A stretch of 63,994 bases of DNA, counting the filler, from Basidioascus undulatus (lineage: Eukaryota): NCBI GenBank assembly GCA_000826855.1. It is 9 parts of 9 records of this genome, joined end to end, with 100 filler letters (N's around TTAATTAATTAA, not from the genome) between each part and the next. Parts side by side here need not be neighbours in the genome. Positions count along the whole stretch, not along the records: positions 34,422 to 41,140 come from JTLS01001679.1; positions 41,241 to 50,637 come from JTLS01001680.1; 7 more parts are not named here. One strand, given 5' to 3'. Positions within the stretch are counted from its first letter, which is position 1; each line of letters opens with the position of its first letter. Shown one piece after another: positions 34,997 through 48,800 of this stretch. The notes under the pieces are model-generated. The model searched no databases, was not told the origin of the DNA, and worked only from the letters and a program-made list of their open reading frames with translations. A program made the translations under genes and the position numbers.

Positions 34997-36728
34997 TCAC
35001 GCAACCATCCGCAACGCGCGTTGGTACCCCTCGATCACGTTCCCGTAAGTTGCTTGCAGCTGCTCCTTGCGCTCGTCCTTCGAGATCTGCATAAGAAGCT
35101 CCTGTTTATGTTTTGTCGACAGTCATTACCCTAGCGCTCTGCTGGCTGAGCGGCACGATAAAGCGGACGCACGTAGTTGAAGCGATAAAGACGCTCCTTG
35201 ACGAGCAGCCTGTACGCGCGCGCCTCGGGCTTGTTCTTCGGGTCTAGCTTCCGCAGGAGGACCATCTCGACGAGGCGTGCGAATTGGCGCTGTTCGCCCC
35301 ATCCTCCTAGTCAGCGGCCGCCTGGCGCTCCAGGTCAATACAGAACTCACATTAGCGATCTTGTGCTTCTTCCTCTGCGCGTCCATCCACCCCTTCTCCA
35401 GCGGCGCCTTCAGCTCCGGCCCGATGACGGCGTTGTCGAGCATGTACCGCAGGTCGCAGCGGTCGCGCAGGTCCTCGAACGCTTCGGACGGGTCCTCGAC
35501 GCTCAGCTCGGCAACTTCAGGACGCGAGAGGACGTGCGCACGGATCGCGCGGTACAGCGCCGAGCCGTGCCCTTGGTGCTGGTACGGCGGGAGGATCACG
35601 AATTGGCTTTGGGGGAAGGAAAGAAGAGGTGAGCATCGCCAGCGCGGGAGCTGGGTCGAGGGCGGAAGACTGAAGACGTACGAGAGACGCATGCGCTTGC
35701 CTGATGGGTAGTGGTAGAAGGGGTACAGCGAGGAGTAGCCCACAAAGTGGTAGACATTCGTGCCGTCCGGACGTGACCGGCGCTCGTACCTAGCATCCGT
35801 CACACCAAGGGTCAGCAACGCCAATAGATGCGTTTGAGATGGAAAGAGAGACGCACAGGGTGACAAACTCCCAGGCGTCCTCGTCCTCTTGCAGATAGCT
35901 CCCACCCTCGATGAACTGGTACTCGCGGCCGCGCGTTAGCCGCGTGCGCTCTCCCAGCTCCAAGACAGAAAGGGGTGCGCACCAAAAGCACGAACACCTG
36001 CATCCTCCTGTGCAGCTCCCTCCAGCCCGGAGTGTCCCACTCCGTCTTCCACACCTCATACGCGACGTCGCCCTCCTCCCCCTCCGCGGCCGCGCCAGCC
36101 TCGTCCAAGCGGCGCCGCTTGCCCTTGCCCTTCCCTTCGGACTTCGCCGAGGGGCGCGAGTACGAGTGGATGAGCTCGCCGGGCGGGCGGAAGGATGTCG
36201 CCTCGGACTCCACGACGGAGGGGAAGTTCGAGGGCGTGATGGCGGAGTCTGCGCGTAGAGGACGATGAGCTCGGAGGAGCACGCGTGCGCGGAATAGGAA
36301 GATACCCACCGAGCGAAAGGAACTCCTTCAGCTTCTCCTCGACATCATCTGCACTGTCCAGCTTCTTCGCGTACTCCACCTCCAGCAGCGGCTTCAAGCT
36401 GCCCGAAGCCATGCTCAACTGCCGTCCCGCGTCAGAAATCTTGGACCCCCCCATATCCCGAGCGCAACTAGACGCACCTTGATCTTCAGGTCCTGATAGC
36501 CATAGATCTTTTCCTCCTCGCCGAAAATGGGGTACGTGAACGCAGGGTGCCAGGTCGAGGTGAGCGCGCGCTCCTCGTCCGAAGCGAGCTCTGCCTCGTC
36601 CTCGGGAGCACGAACTAGCGCGTCCAAACAAGTCAGCACACATGCGCAAGGATTCAGGTATGCGATAACGCACCTAGACGGATGTTAAGCGCATTGTTGG
36701 AGGAGGTCGCATATTCGACGCCGGCCAT
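34997..36728 (-). CDS. HAT1: Histone acetyltransferase type B catalytic subunit
   Basis: MAGVEYATSSNNALNIRL, WHPAFTYPIFGEEEKIYGYQDLKI, RELHRRMQVFVLL|FIEGGSYLQEDEDAWEF, YHFVGYSSLYPFYHYP, SQFVILPPYQHQGHGSALY, VEDPSEAFEDLRDRCDL, YRLLVKERLYRFN. Confidence 0.96.
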
Positions 36729-37085
36729 GTTAGAGAGTTTCGCTGGGAGTGGACGCGTCGAGGGGCGGCGAAGGTGATGGGAGGAGGCGAAGGAGGAACG
36801 CGCGACGCGTCCCCGAAATGCGGGCTAATACTGCGGCTTTTCTTTCGCGTCCCGAGCTGCACCGTTTCCTTGACTTGCCTGTATACGACAGTGTCTTCTC
36901 TTAAGAAATGAATTTAAGGCTCCTTCACTAGACTTACTCCAATACGCCAGAACGGCCTTGGTGAATTGACTGCGAGTCGCTTTCTGCGGGCGCGAGTGAG
37001 AGTGCCTTCGCGTTGCAATCTATAGCAAATGACCCAAAGCCTGGGACATCGCCAATTGCAAAGCTAATTTAAAAGTCTAAGACAA

Positions 37086-37745
37086 TTAGAGCGGGGCAGG
37101 CTGCGAGCTCGAGATTGAAGAGCGCGCTCGAGGACGACTGCGATGGGCGAACCATGTCGAGGGCAGGATCGTGTAGCTCGCGCGGATCTCGCTGTCCGGC
37201 CGACCATGCCTGTCGCAGATCTTCAGCTCTTCGTTCGGCGGCCCGAAGGTGAAGAGCAACGCGGCCGGGTCGAAGTGCGATCTGTTCGGTAGAGGGGAAG
37301 ATTCCAGGTGGGAGGACAGGATAAGCAGCACAGTGTCACCCCCTGTCCCTCGTCGCTGAAGAAGTAGCGCGGGTCGTCCTCCTTATGCGCTCCGTCCTGG
37401 GGGCAGTACCCCGTAGGGTACACCTGTGAACCCATCCCTCCCTCGTCGACTCGGCCCTTCGGACCGTATAGCCCCTCCAGCGTACCTTGAGAAATTCCCC
37501 CCCCCTCCCCCCAATGTCCACGACGAAGGTATGCTACCCCCACGACCCCCGGATCCCTACAAACCGGTCACTCTTCAGCTTGGTCTTTTGGAAGCCCTAG
37601 ATTAGGGTGCGCGCACCGAGCTTCCGAAAATGGCGATTGACGCCGAGGAGCGGGAGGAGCGCGTGGACGGTCGGCCCCGCGCGGGCGAGGGAGTGAGGAT
37701 GAGGTCGTGCAGGTGCGCGAAGGCGGGGTCGAAGAGCGGGTGCAT
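37086..37745 (-). pseudogene. Disrupted gene with F-box-like N-terminus
   Basis: MHPLFDPAFAHLHDLIL / SLARAGPTVHALLPLLGVNRHFRKLGARTLI*, with further coding-like segments in shifted frames. Confidence 0.3.
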
Positions 37746-38819
37746 CTTGTTCTTGCTGATTCCTAGGGGGGGTAGGGTGTCTATGTTGGAAAAGATGGTG
37801 ATGGTTCATGGTCAAGCGAGGCCAGATCTACGGGCGCAATGGCTCGGGAAACGGAAACGCAAAACGACGGAAACACAACACGGTGACTTTGAACTTTGCA
37901 GGGCGGACCGCGGGCCCTGTAACAACAGTTTGTGTGTTCTCAAAAGTATCGAGTTTCTTGAGCAGTAGGGTACGGAAAGGATCGGCTTTCGGAAACGACA
38001 TGACAGGTGCTTGTCTGGGAAGAAAGCACCGGCAGACTCACAGCAACAACAGTTTCTTTATCGTTACCCTTCCAACTGTCCAACCGCTTGAAACCACATT
38101 TAAGTCCCAAAGTATCCGCTTATTAGTCTCCGTAAGTTACTGGTCCTCCAGGACAGGTCTTGGGAGCGATATTTCGCCCTCCCGCTCCAAGAGTTCGTTC
38201 CCCTATTCCGACTCTCGCGGCTCTCGCGCACTGCATTGCCTGTTCGTATCGTCCTTCTGCCTAAAGGATGGCATTATTTACTTTGAGTTATTGAGAACAG
38301 CTCGTTTCTGAAACACGGGGTCATGAATTGGCTTCGATGTGCATGGATTTGACAAGGATAAGGAACGACCCCGTTCAAGCCCGAACCCTGCCAGACGAGT
38401 GTCCGTGGACAATTGGGTGAAGATGGTCAAGTCAACACGGCGCCAGTAAAGGCCACCCGGAAAACTACAGTTGAAAACAAAAGGTGTCGTTGAGGGCATC
38501 CGATTGTCCACAGCTGAGATTTGGTTGAGAGCTTAACCGCTGTAGCTGTGCTCGGTGGCAGACAACGTTGCGGCCTGCCGCGGTGACCTTGCTCTGTTCA
38601 TTCCTTGGATACCGCTGCGGTGCAATCGCTGAAGCTCTGGCGCAGCTATTGAGTGCACAAATCACTGCAATTTTCACTTTCAGCTCTGCTTCGTTCCGTC
38701 GCTGGTACCCAGCGCGGTCTGCGAATGCTGCACCTTCCACACCGTGCGGATTACTCTATGTCCATGATATGCTTCGTCCATGGGAGTGTCTTAAAGAAAC
38801 AGGAACAACCCAAAGAAAT

Positions 38820-38940
38820 TTCAACAGGACGGAATGAGCAAGCGATTGCATCGCAGTAAGGTGGCAGCGCTGCGGTCCATGGATTTGAACATGATGGTGA
38901 CGAGGAGCTGCACAGGTGCTGTATGTATGAAATTTGAGCT
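38820..38940 (-). pseudogene. Possible F-box motif relic
   Basis: FIHTAPVQLLVTIMFKSMDRSAATLLRCNRL...C*. Confidence 0.25.
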
Positions 38941-41140
38941 GCTCTAATCAGCTTTCTTGACCTAGCCTGATCCTTTCCAGCCGGAGTCATATGCTAACCT
39001 GGCAGAGTGGGTAGGTAAATTTCCCTTGTATACCAAGGCGAAGTCCGTCATTGAGTACATATATGCGCAATAAATGTTCTCATTAGATTTTAAGCTTCTC
39101 TGTATAGCCAGCATTTGGCGTGGAGCCGCTGAACTGTGTGTCCAGTAAGCCGGCGACTGGACGGCATTGCCAGCTGTCCGAGGTGCAGGTGCGCGCGGAG
39201 CGCTTTATCTGTTTTAGTTCTGGGACTGAAAACTTCGGTAGACCGAAAACTCCGGGAATGCCTCGCGACCACTCCCAGAGACTCTGTGGGCGGCATGAAA
39301 ACAACAACCGTGTTACTGCTGGTCGGAGAATTGCAGTCACCATTGACGCAGCACTTCGAATAAAGGATTCAAAGTTCCTATGAGGGTGTTCTGTCTTTTA
39401 AGGAAGAGAACTAGTTGGTTGATCTTTCCAGGGCAATTTGGAGAGGGAAGACTGGGACTGGGAAAGCACCCGTACAGTAGCAGCGATACAGACGCCCACA
39501 CTACTACCCCCTGCTTGGTTGAATATGGGAGGCCTTAGAAAATTTACTCTCATCAGAGTCAGTGACAAAAGGTGGCTGCTGTTGTTCCTCCCTTCCTGCG
39601 GTGCTGCTCGGCTTGGAGCTCACCCCGCAATCCCCAAATCGCGTGCTCCCCTCCGACCGGACTTTGAATGGAAGCTGTTTATTTAGAAGCTAATTAGTGG
39701 AGCACAGAACTTTAAAGGGGGGACGCTGTCAATAAGGAGAGCTGAGCCAGCTCATCATTTCTCGTCCGGCAGGCCAGCCTGAGTGAAGCCTTGGTCGTTC
39801 AACGCTCACGGTTCCTCTTATCAAATTCCCACACCATCTCGTCTTGCCGAATGACACTCGGACACGAGTTGATTGGCTTGGCAACCCATACCGGCAATCT
39901 GCACAGGTCTGTTGGCGAGATAAGGATTCCGGGATGCAGCGATCGGCTGAGGCGGTCAATCAAGCCTGCTCAACTCTGTCCGCGTCTTCGAATATTCCGC
40001 CTTCAGCAGGCTTGACTCTCCTTTGTACAAGCAGGTTGTTGATACTGATCACCATTCGTGTAGTAGTTACTTTCTCGAATCGAGGCTCTCGAGGATCGCT
40101 CCATCTTGCGCTGGCAACGGACAGTCTGGGGTCGACCAACATCATTCCATGCACGTGGACTTCTATCTCTCGCTGTTCGAGCTGTTTAAATTGACTTTGA
40201 TACGCAAACTGTTCGCAAACAACTACTATATCACGGAAAGAAAGAACGAGGAGGAGGACAGCGAGCGTCCTGATTCGCGAATTTGCGCGAAAGTGCGATG
40301 TGGAAATGCGTTGCGGATGACGCGAGCGAGGGGCTCGTTCGGGCGTGTTCGATTACTCAATCACACGCGCTGCTGCGGTCCAAATGAAGAGGATGGGGAC
40401 AGAGCGTCGTGGTATTGGTGGACGAAACGGGGCGATATTGCTGTGGGAACAACATCGTCGCTGTTTGGGATGAAGATACCATCAGCGGTTGTTGAGCGTT
40501 TGGGGATGAGAAGGAGGAGGTGTGCGAGGAAGGTTGCGGCGGCCGGTGGAGAAGTGCCGAGAGTACTCGAATAAGTACACTACGGAGGTCGGCAAGCGTG
40601 GCAACCCAATATTCTAGGGTCATCGATCCGACGCCCCTTCCCCCGGTGCGAGCCCGTCGATATCTCGCACACCGCAGCTTCCCACTTTCCCACCGACCGC
40701 GACCTTCTCCTCCTCCTCTTACCTATACGTCAAAAGGGTCTGATTACTACATATCCAACCGAACGACCAACAGCGATCGCAGTATTCTCGCTGCTGCGGT
40801 AGGATAGAAGATTTGCATTGTTCGCGCGGAGGCAGACTCAGGCCCGCTCGCTCCGTCATCGCCGTCCGCACTCCCGTCCTCCTCTTTCTTTTGCGAAACG
40901 CGATCGCCGGTCGCGGAACACAAAACACGCCCTCCGTTCTCCATTGACGCCACCCGCTCCGCCGTCTTCCCGATTGTGCACCGCCGTGGCCGTCTATTGT
41001 CCTCTATCTCTTTCCTTTTGCTCCCCATCGCCGCCGACGAGGACTAGGCCGGCACGATGATCCAGCCACGGACACACACCCCACCGCCGCCACCGCACTT
41101 TGTCGTCCCAGCCCCATCCTTCGGGGCTTTTCAGTCCATG

Positions 41141-41240
41141 NNNNNNNNNNNNNNNNNNNNNNNNNNNNNNNNNNNNNNNNNNNNTTAATTAATTAANNNN
41201 NNNNNNNNNNNNNNNNNNNNNNNNNNNNNNNNNNNNNNNN
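41141..41240. other. Artificial contig spacer
   Basis: N44-TTAATTAATTAA-N44. Confidence 0.98.
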
Positions 41241-41993
41241 CAACCCCAATCCCGCCTCTTCATCAGCCCCGACCGACCCGGCCGCGCTCCTCGTGCAGCA
41301 CCTCCCGCGCCTCCTCGCCGTCTCGCACGCGCTCCTCTCGCGCCTCGACGACGACCCCTCGCCCTGGGGCGTGGGCGCGGCGTTCCTCGCGTGTGAGGAA
41401 GAGCTGGCAGACGCGTTCGAGAACTGGGCGACCGTGGCAGGCACTGTCCTCGCGGGGATCAGCGGCTGTGGCCGCCGCGGGAAGAGCCTCAGCTACGTCG
41501 AGAAGCCCTGGGGTGAGGAGGCGCAGGCGCCGATTGCGCTCAGGGCGAAGACGGAGCCGACGCCTTCGAGGGCGGCCGAGGGCGGGAGGAGGAGCAGCTT
41601 GGGGTGGGTTGCGAGGGCACGCAGGAAGAGCGGGGACGCGGGGCAGGCGGCGAAGAGCGCTGGTGCGGCGGGCAGGGGCGGGAACGCGGGAGGAGGAGGC
41701 GGTGGTGGTGGTGGAAGTGGGAGCAGGCTTCAGATGGCCGACATCGCTGTCATGCCGTCCCAGCGCGTGACCCGGTACGTGCTCCTCCTGCGCGGTGCGT
41801 CCCTTCCCATATCCTTCTTCTCCCCCCTTTCCATCCATCTCTTCCGATGGGTATACTGATAGCCTGTAGAGCCCCAATAGACCTCGCCGCACACACGCCC
41901 GCAGGCGCCATATCGCACGGGATGGTCGACCGCGCGCTGGCGGGCGCGGAGGGGATCGCGGCGCGGTGCGACCGGGCGAGTGCGTCGGCGTAG
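41241..41993 (+). CDS. RhoGEF (Dbl-homology) domain protein, C-terminal part
   Basis: LVQHLPRLLAVSHALLSRLDDDPSPWGVGAAFLACEEELADAFENW...MADIAVMPSQRVTRYVLLLR|DLAAHTP (DH CR3 'PxQRxxRYxLLLxxL' motif). Confidence 0.85.
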
Positions 41994-42688
41994 CCCCCCT
42001 CCTCTCCCTCTCCCCTCCTCTCCTCTCTTCCATCCTCCCTCTGCTCGCTGCACATCAGTTCTTTCTCTCTTCGTATGTTGTTTTCCAGTACTCTTATTCC
42101 ACTTGCACGCATTTGCCTCACACTCTCACTCTCACACAAAAGCTGCATCTTACCCCCTCATCAACCCTCACGTTTCATGTCACGTCGCCTTCGAAGCGCA
42201 CTCTCTTTGCTCCTGATGCCTGATGAAACGACTACGCATGATTAGCTTTGAATAGCTTTGCATCGCTGACGAATAGCATTTCTTTGTGCTCCACTGTGCT
42301 ACGCGTCGGTGGGGCAGTAGATGATCTACGCAAGATCTACGTCTGTTCGTGGGGGCTTGATTGAGGCCTTGCGCAACGGCAAGCAATAGCCTTGAGCCTG
42401 AAAAGTAAATGAACATCACTAAGTGGTGCCCGGTCCGGTGTACGTGGCGGTGGAGGTTTGATAGCCGTTGCGATTGTACAGGTTGAGATGGCTGTAGCCC
42501 CTTGCGCTCATCCTTTGACGCTTCACCACGACCGTCTCCTCATTCTCCCCAAGCCCTGCACACGGTCAACTCAACATTTATCGCACCCGATGCGTCCGAC
42601 AGTCGCATAGCGATCGTGATATCGGCACCACACACAGTACAACACTTGAGACGGACGACAGCCTGCTGCACCTGGGACCGAGCCGGCG

Positions 42689-45120
42689 ATGGCGCTCTCG
42701 TTTGTGTCCTCGCATCTCTGCTCAAAGGATCCATACGCCAGCGCACACACCCATACATCCACATCCATAGCCACAGCCACGTCCACAGCCACACCCCGCG
42801 CGCCCGTCTCAACCCCAGCGTCCACATCCACCCGCCAGCCCTTCTCTTCCTCTTCCTCCGCCTCCTCCAGCTCCGCCAACCCGAGCCTCCAGTCCACCGC
42901 GCCGCCCTCGCCCTCCCAGCTCGAGGCCATCCTCGCAGAGTACGCTGCGGGCCTCCTGCCCAAGACGAGCCGCGTCGACCCGGCGACCAAGCAGCGCGAG
43001 GGCGTCCGCATTGGCGTGGGAGAGATCGTAAAGGTTGCTGCGTTCGTGGGCACGAAGGGTAAGTTATGGGGGGAGTAAGTGACGCGGCGAGGGTTAGGCA
43101 TGAGACAGCAGGGGAAAGGGAGAAGCTGCCCCTGCGACCACATCGGTTCCCATCTTAGGCCTCGACGCAGCGCTGACACCCTCGCCCACAGTCACCCAAG
43201 CGGCCGCCAACCTCGTCTCCCATCATGTCTGGGGCCCACGCAAGAAATCTTGGGGCGTCGAGGTGCGCATCAGCTCTCCCCTCGCTGGCGTCGGCGCACG
43301 GAGCGCTCAAGCCGCTACACCCTCCCACCCAGATGTCCCTCATCACCGGCTTCATGCGCAACATGGGGGGCTACTCCTCTCTAACCGACGTGGTCCGTTC
43401 CCTCCCATTCCCCTTCCGCTCAACCCGACTGAACCCCACCGCCTCTCTCAGGCCACCCTCCGCGCGATCCTCGCCATCGGCGGCGTGCTCCCCACCGCCG
43501 CAGATGCGATCATCACGCCCGTCTCATTCCGCGTCAAGCGGCGGCGGCTGCGCGGCTTCCTCGCGCAGCTCGACGCGGCCGAGGACGGCCGCCGCGAGCT
43601 CACGGGCGAGTGGGTCGTCCACCACGCGCTCTGGAGGCGCATGCACAAGGCGCGCGGCGCCGGTGGGGCGGCGACGAAGGAGGGCGCGCCGGCGGAGGGA
43701 GAGGGAGATGGGAGGAAGGTCGTGCTTTACTTGCATGGGTGAGTGGCGGGACTGCTGAGGAGGCAAGGCATGTAGGCAGCGGACGACGGAGCTGACTCTG
43801 GGATTTGTGATGGACGCGCAGAGGCGCATATTACATGTTCAGCGCAGCGACGCACCGCGTCCTCACGATACAGACGTCAAAGTACACGGATACGCGCGTA
43901 CTCGGTGCGTCTTCTCATCCATCCCGCTCTCCTCCGCGCGCACCGGCTGAACGTGCGACACGACGCCGGCCTCCAGCGCTCAACTACCGCCTCGCGCCCG
44001 AGACGCGCTTCCCCGGCCCGCTGCACGACGCGGTGTCTGCGTACCTGCGCCTCGTCGAGGATCTGGGCGTCGCGCCGAGCGACATCCTGCTAGCGGGGGA
44101 CAGTGCGTCCGCTCCCTTTTTCCCTATCCACCATTCATCCCTCTTTCTCAACTGACTTGTCACAGGCGCTGGCGGAGGGCTCTGCCTTGCGCTGATGCTC
44201 TACCTCCGCGACGAGGGCTACCCGCTCCCCGCGGGCGGGATTCTGATGAGCCCCTGGGTGGACCTGACGATGAGCTGCGATTCTTGGGAGACGAACGAGC
44301 CGTACGATATCCTGCCCATGCCGAAATCGGATGACCACCTCAATCCCGGTGCGCTCTCATTCCTCCCATCCTGCACATCTTCCGCCTGCGGCCGGGGCTG
44401 ACAGCGTGGGGTGGGCGGGAACCAGTGCTCTGCTACCTCGGCGCGACGGGCGTGCGCGAGTACCTGACGCACCCGTACGTCAGTCCGCTGTTCGGGGACC
44501 TGTCCGGCCTACCGCCGCTGCTCGTGCAGGCGGGCGAGGCCGAGGTCCTCCGTGACGAGATCACACTCCTTGCGCACAAGGCGACGCGTGCGAGGGTCGA
44601 CGTCGTCCACGAGGTCTTCCAGGACGCCGTGCACGTCTTCCAGACGTTCACGTTCCTCGAGGCGAGCCGGCAGGCGTTCCAGAGCATGCGCTGGTTCGCT
44701 AGGGCGCTTGAGCAGGCGCAGAGCGATGACGGGGCGGGCGCGAGCGCGGGAACAGACGCCGGAGCGGGAGAGACAGACGCAGAAGCAGCTACCGCGGAAG
44801 GACCCGACGCCGATGCCGACGCCGGGCAGCTCTCCCCTCCGCGCACACCCCAGCGCTCTTTCTCGCCCCCTGTCTCCCTCCCGCCCTCCAAGCCCGGCCT
44901 CCGGCGCTCGAAATCCCTCCTGTCCCCCTTCTCGCCCCTCGAGCCTCCCCCGCCCACCGCCGCCACCGCTGCGAGCCCGACGGCGTCCCAGCGGCGGAGC
45001 ACGACCGCCGTGCCGCGCATCCGCGCGCGCTCAAACTCCCACCCGGATATCTGCACGCTAGTCGCGGACTACTCGGAGCAGGGGCCGGCGATGGAGAGCC
45101 GGGTGTACCGCGACCAATGA
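42689..45120 (+). CDS. HSL-family alpha/beta hydrolase (lipase/esterase, abhydrolase_3), multi-exon
   Basis: VVLYLHG|GAYY, NYRLAPETRFPGPLHDAVSAY, GDS|AGGGL nucleophile motif, SPWVDL, QAGEAEVLRDE, DAVHVFQ; start codon tentative. Confidence 0.92.
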
Positions 45121-45816
45121 AGGAAGGCGCTTCCGTATTCTCGTCCTTTATTTCTCTTTTCGCATTTTCACCCTCCTCGCACGGGATAGCATCGCATCGT
45201 ATCCAGGCATCTTTATTCTTCCCCGTCCCCTCGCAGTGCCGCACTTCTTCGCTCCGTCTCTTTCCACCTATTGCCTCGCCTCACCGCCGAGGTCCACACG
45301 CCGCATTTAATCCCGCCTTCCTCCTCGTTCGTGAATTGCCCGCCTTCGCAAAATAGCAGCAAGCACTTGCCGCTTTTACCATTCTTCCTTTTTCCCTTTT
45401 CGTGTCTCCCTCGTCTATGGCCTGCTCTACTCTAATCTGTACTAATTCGGAATACATGTTGTATCATAATCGAATCTTCGGATTTGTGGAAGGACGTGTG
45501 CGTGCGCGTGTGCATCAGCTTTCCACCTGTCCACCCATTAGTTCGGCATTCGTATCCTCACTGCTAGAACAAGAACAAGTTTTGATGACTTGCACGAAAA
45601 TCACCCCCCTTCATGTTCTTGCTTGTGGTATGGCTAAACTTTCTATGTGGCAAAAACGCACCCACTCGAGCAGTCTTCAAATTGTGAATGTTCCCGAAAT
45701 ACAGACAGCCAGGCCTGCTGGCCACAGCCGACGAAAATAAGCTAGAAGTAGAATAATTCCCGAATGAAGAAGAAAGATATATGCGTGCAGCAGTGCACAG
45801 GACAGCGAATCCGCGG

Positions 45817-48800
45817 TCAGAACTGCTCCTTCCCGAAGAAGAAACGCGTCCCGTCCGGGTGGGTATACTTGTTGCACTTGCTGCGGGTGAGGGCGTTCCC
45901 CATGAATCAACAAGACAGTCCAAGGGTATTTGACTGCGCAAACGTACTTGTGAAGCTCCGTTGCTAGGACAGGTGGTCCACACTGAGAGAGGAAGAGTTC
46001 AGCGGAGCCCCCTCCTCGTCTTCAACGTCCGCTACGCACGAAAAACACCCCGCAGTCTGTGTCCGGATGTGTGTCCGTAACGCTTTGGACTGTCGGCGGG
46101 GGTAGACCAGAAGGTTAGCGCCGATCTCGGGTGGCACAGGCATGCTTACAGATTCTATCCCAGTTCTGTGAATGGTCTCATTGTCAGCGGCTGTTCGACG
46201 GATGGAAGCGTCAGAGGCAGGCTCACAGGGCGGCCAAAATGTGTCGGTGCGCGCAGGCCAGAAATCGGGTCGCGGTCGCCCGTATTCAGGACGACGTTTT
46301 CGATATCCTCTGGCCTGACCAAGGGCACGGTCAGACTGCTCTGCTTCATTCAGGGTCAGAGGGGAAGACGCAATCACTTCAGTTTCGCAGTCAGATACGT
46401 GTGAATCTGCTCGCGCTTCTCGATCAGCCCCTGTTGGGCCTTTCCCGTAAAGGACCTCCAACACGCACCTCGATCAGGTGTCCAAGATCCTGGTAATGGG
46501 GAAAGGGCTTGAGTTGCTCGTTTAATAGTCGTTGATGCGCAGTGAGGCACACCTGTTCTTCGATCTCATGCAATAGCGAGTGGAACCACTCCAAAGACCC
46601 AAAGTCGCGAATCACCCAGACTTGAAGAAAGTTGCGTAAGTTCTCCGAAGACTCATTGCAAGTATACAGTGTAAACGCACAGAAGTAGACCTTGGACAAA
46701 CGGTTCGGCTTTGAAGGGTCCGGGTAGGCGTGACGGTAGAAGATTGACTACCAGCGCTTGCGTGTAAGAGCGGATGGCACGGGTGATGGAGGAGAGCAAG
46801 GCAGACCTTCAGAATGGAAGAGAAAGGCGTGACGCCTATCCCCGCACCAACAAGGACAGCGACTTCGAACTGGAACCAAGGCACTTGTTTATCAGCAATG
46901 GTCGTGCTGAGAAACAGGGGAGTCTCTGCACCTTGAATACGTCCTTGGATTGATTGATAGAGGTCAGCTTTCGGAATAACAATCGTGACTCATCTGGGAG
47001 TGCATACCTCGCTCGCTGTACCGAATGGGCCATCAATGACCACATGCGGCAAGCCGACGACTTTGGTGTCGTCCGCGACCTGCACAGCCTTGCGGGCGTC
47101 CTTCTCATTCTTGACGGGCTTCTTGCGGAAGTCGCAGCCAAGGCGGGTTGCAAACGCCGTCGTCCAATCACCGACCTGGAACAAAAGATGAAGCTAAGCT
47201 CTCAGCAGAAGTCGCAAAGCACAGCGATAAACCCACAATGCGCATGTGCAGCGACAGATAGTCTTCCTCGGGCGCGGAGGTCAGGGTGAATGGATGCCAC
47301 TGCAGAGGGTCGATCTCGGGGCCTTAAAGCGTGCGAGAAGGTCATCAACACAAGCTCTCGAATGCTTTCAGTATACTCAGCGTCTCACAGTTGATGAAAA
47401 TGTACTGTGAGCAGCAGCGTGTAAGCCACAGGACAGCTCCAGCACGCGGCGAAGTAACCTGCCTGTCCGGCAACCGTCCGCGTCTCGAGCTTCTGGAACT
47501 TGATCTGTAACGCCGAGCATCAATGAGACCGTACATCGGGAAATTTAGGTAGCGCGCTCACCTCCATCACATCGCTCGGGTGTTGAATGACTTCTATCAA
47601 ACGGCGCTTTTGACGGGAGCGGAAGAACCGAAGCAGGCGCTCGCCGGCATACAGAACACCTGGAACGAGAATGTATTTCTGCAAAGTACGTCGATCAGCA
47701 CCAACTTTGGGGCGACGGTCAGCGATTGGTACTGACCCAAAAGTTCCCAGCCCTGGTCGACCGCGTCCGATGAGCACTGCGATGTGAGAAGGAAGGCAAA
47801 AAGACGCACTTCACGTTTTTACACTCGTTTCCGTAGTTGAAATCAGGTCGCCTGAACCAAGCAGTGTCAGTATTAGGTGGAGAGCCGCTTAATCTGAAAC
47901 GCCTATGTACGTGTCTGTAATGCGGACGAGAGTGAGCTGTTTGAAGCAAGCATTTCAGACGCGGGGGGGGGGCGCACTGCATGGCATTACGTGGATCTGT
48001 CCTCTCTCCTCCTCTTTGTAAGAGAACATAGGGGGTATAGCGACAGGCTGAAAGGACAAACTTGGAAACCGATAAAAAAAAGGATGAAGCTAGATGTGTT
48101 TCGGGTCAGACCTACATTGCGAAGCTGCAAGAAGTTACTGCAATATGCGTACAGATGATGGGAGTACCTGTGGATTATCTGTCAATTTCAGCATCGTGAT
48201 CAAGTATGGCTAGGAGCAGCACCCACCAGAAGCGTTCGTATCCGCCGTTCGGGCGACGGCGGTTGCGCTCGACCGCGAACCACGCCATGACAGCAAGGCA
48301 AATATCCATTCTGTGGGTGAGACGAGTGAGTGCTGGAGACTGGTGCATCCGATAAGGTAGCGTACATCCAGCCGGTAATTCTGAAAGTGTGACCTGTCAG
48401 CGTCAGCCCGCGGCGTCGAAGGTCGCGGCCGAAGAAGGACAGACCCAGATACGGAAAGAAACGCCCGCTCAACAATCAACGAGAACCCCGCTGAGGTGGG
48501 TCGTAAACCAACTATCGAAATGCATCTATTCTTGAGAAATTGTCGCACCTTTCTCGTGGACTGCGAGATAAATATCCAGCACGACATGCCCGGCGGAGTG
48601 CAGAATGGCCCATCCGATCATAGTCCAGGCAACAATTTTGTGAAAGCTGCAGCCGCCGCCCCGGTCAGCTTATCGGGTACAGGATGAGCACGCAAAGACG
48701 TACGCGACGCCTTTTTCGAAAGGGATGAGGGTGTTCAGGGGCGTGCTTTTTGCCCATGTGATGAGTGTACGGCAGAAGGGAAGCATGATGAACGCGGAGC

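Noticed and set aside
42221..42269. TGATGA...CTGA as a C/D-box snoRNA
   Set aside because: Only ~49 nt, no terminal stem and no rRNA-complementary guide recognised.
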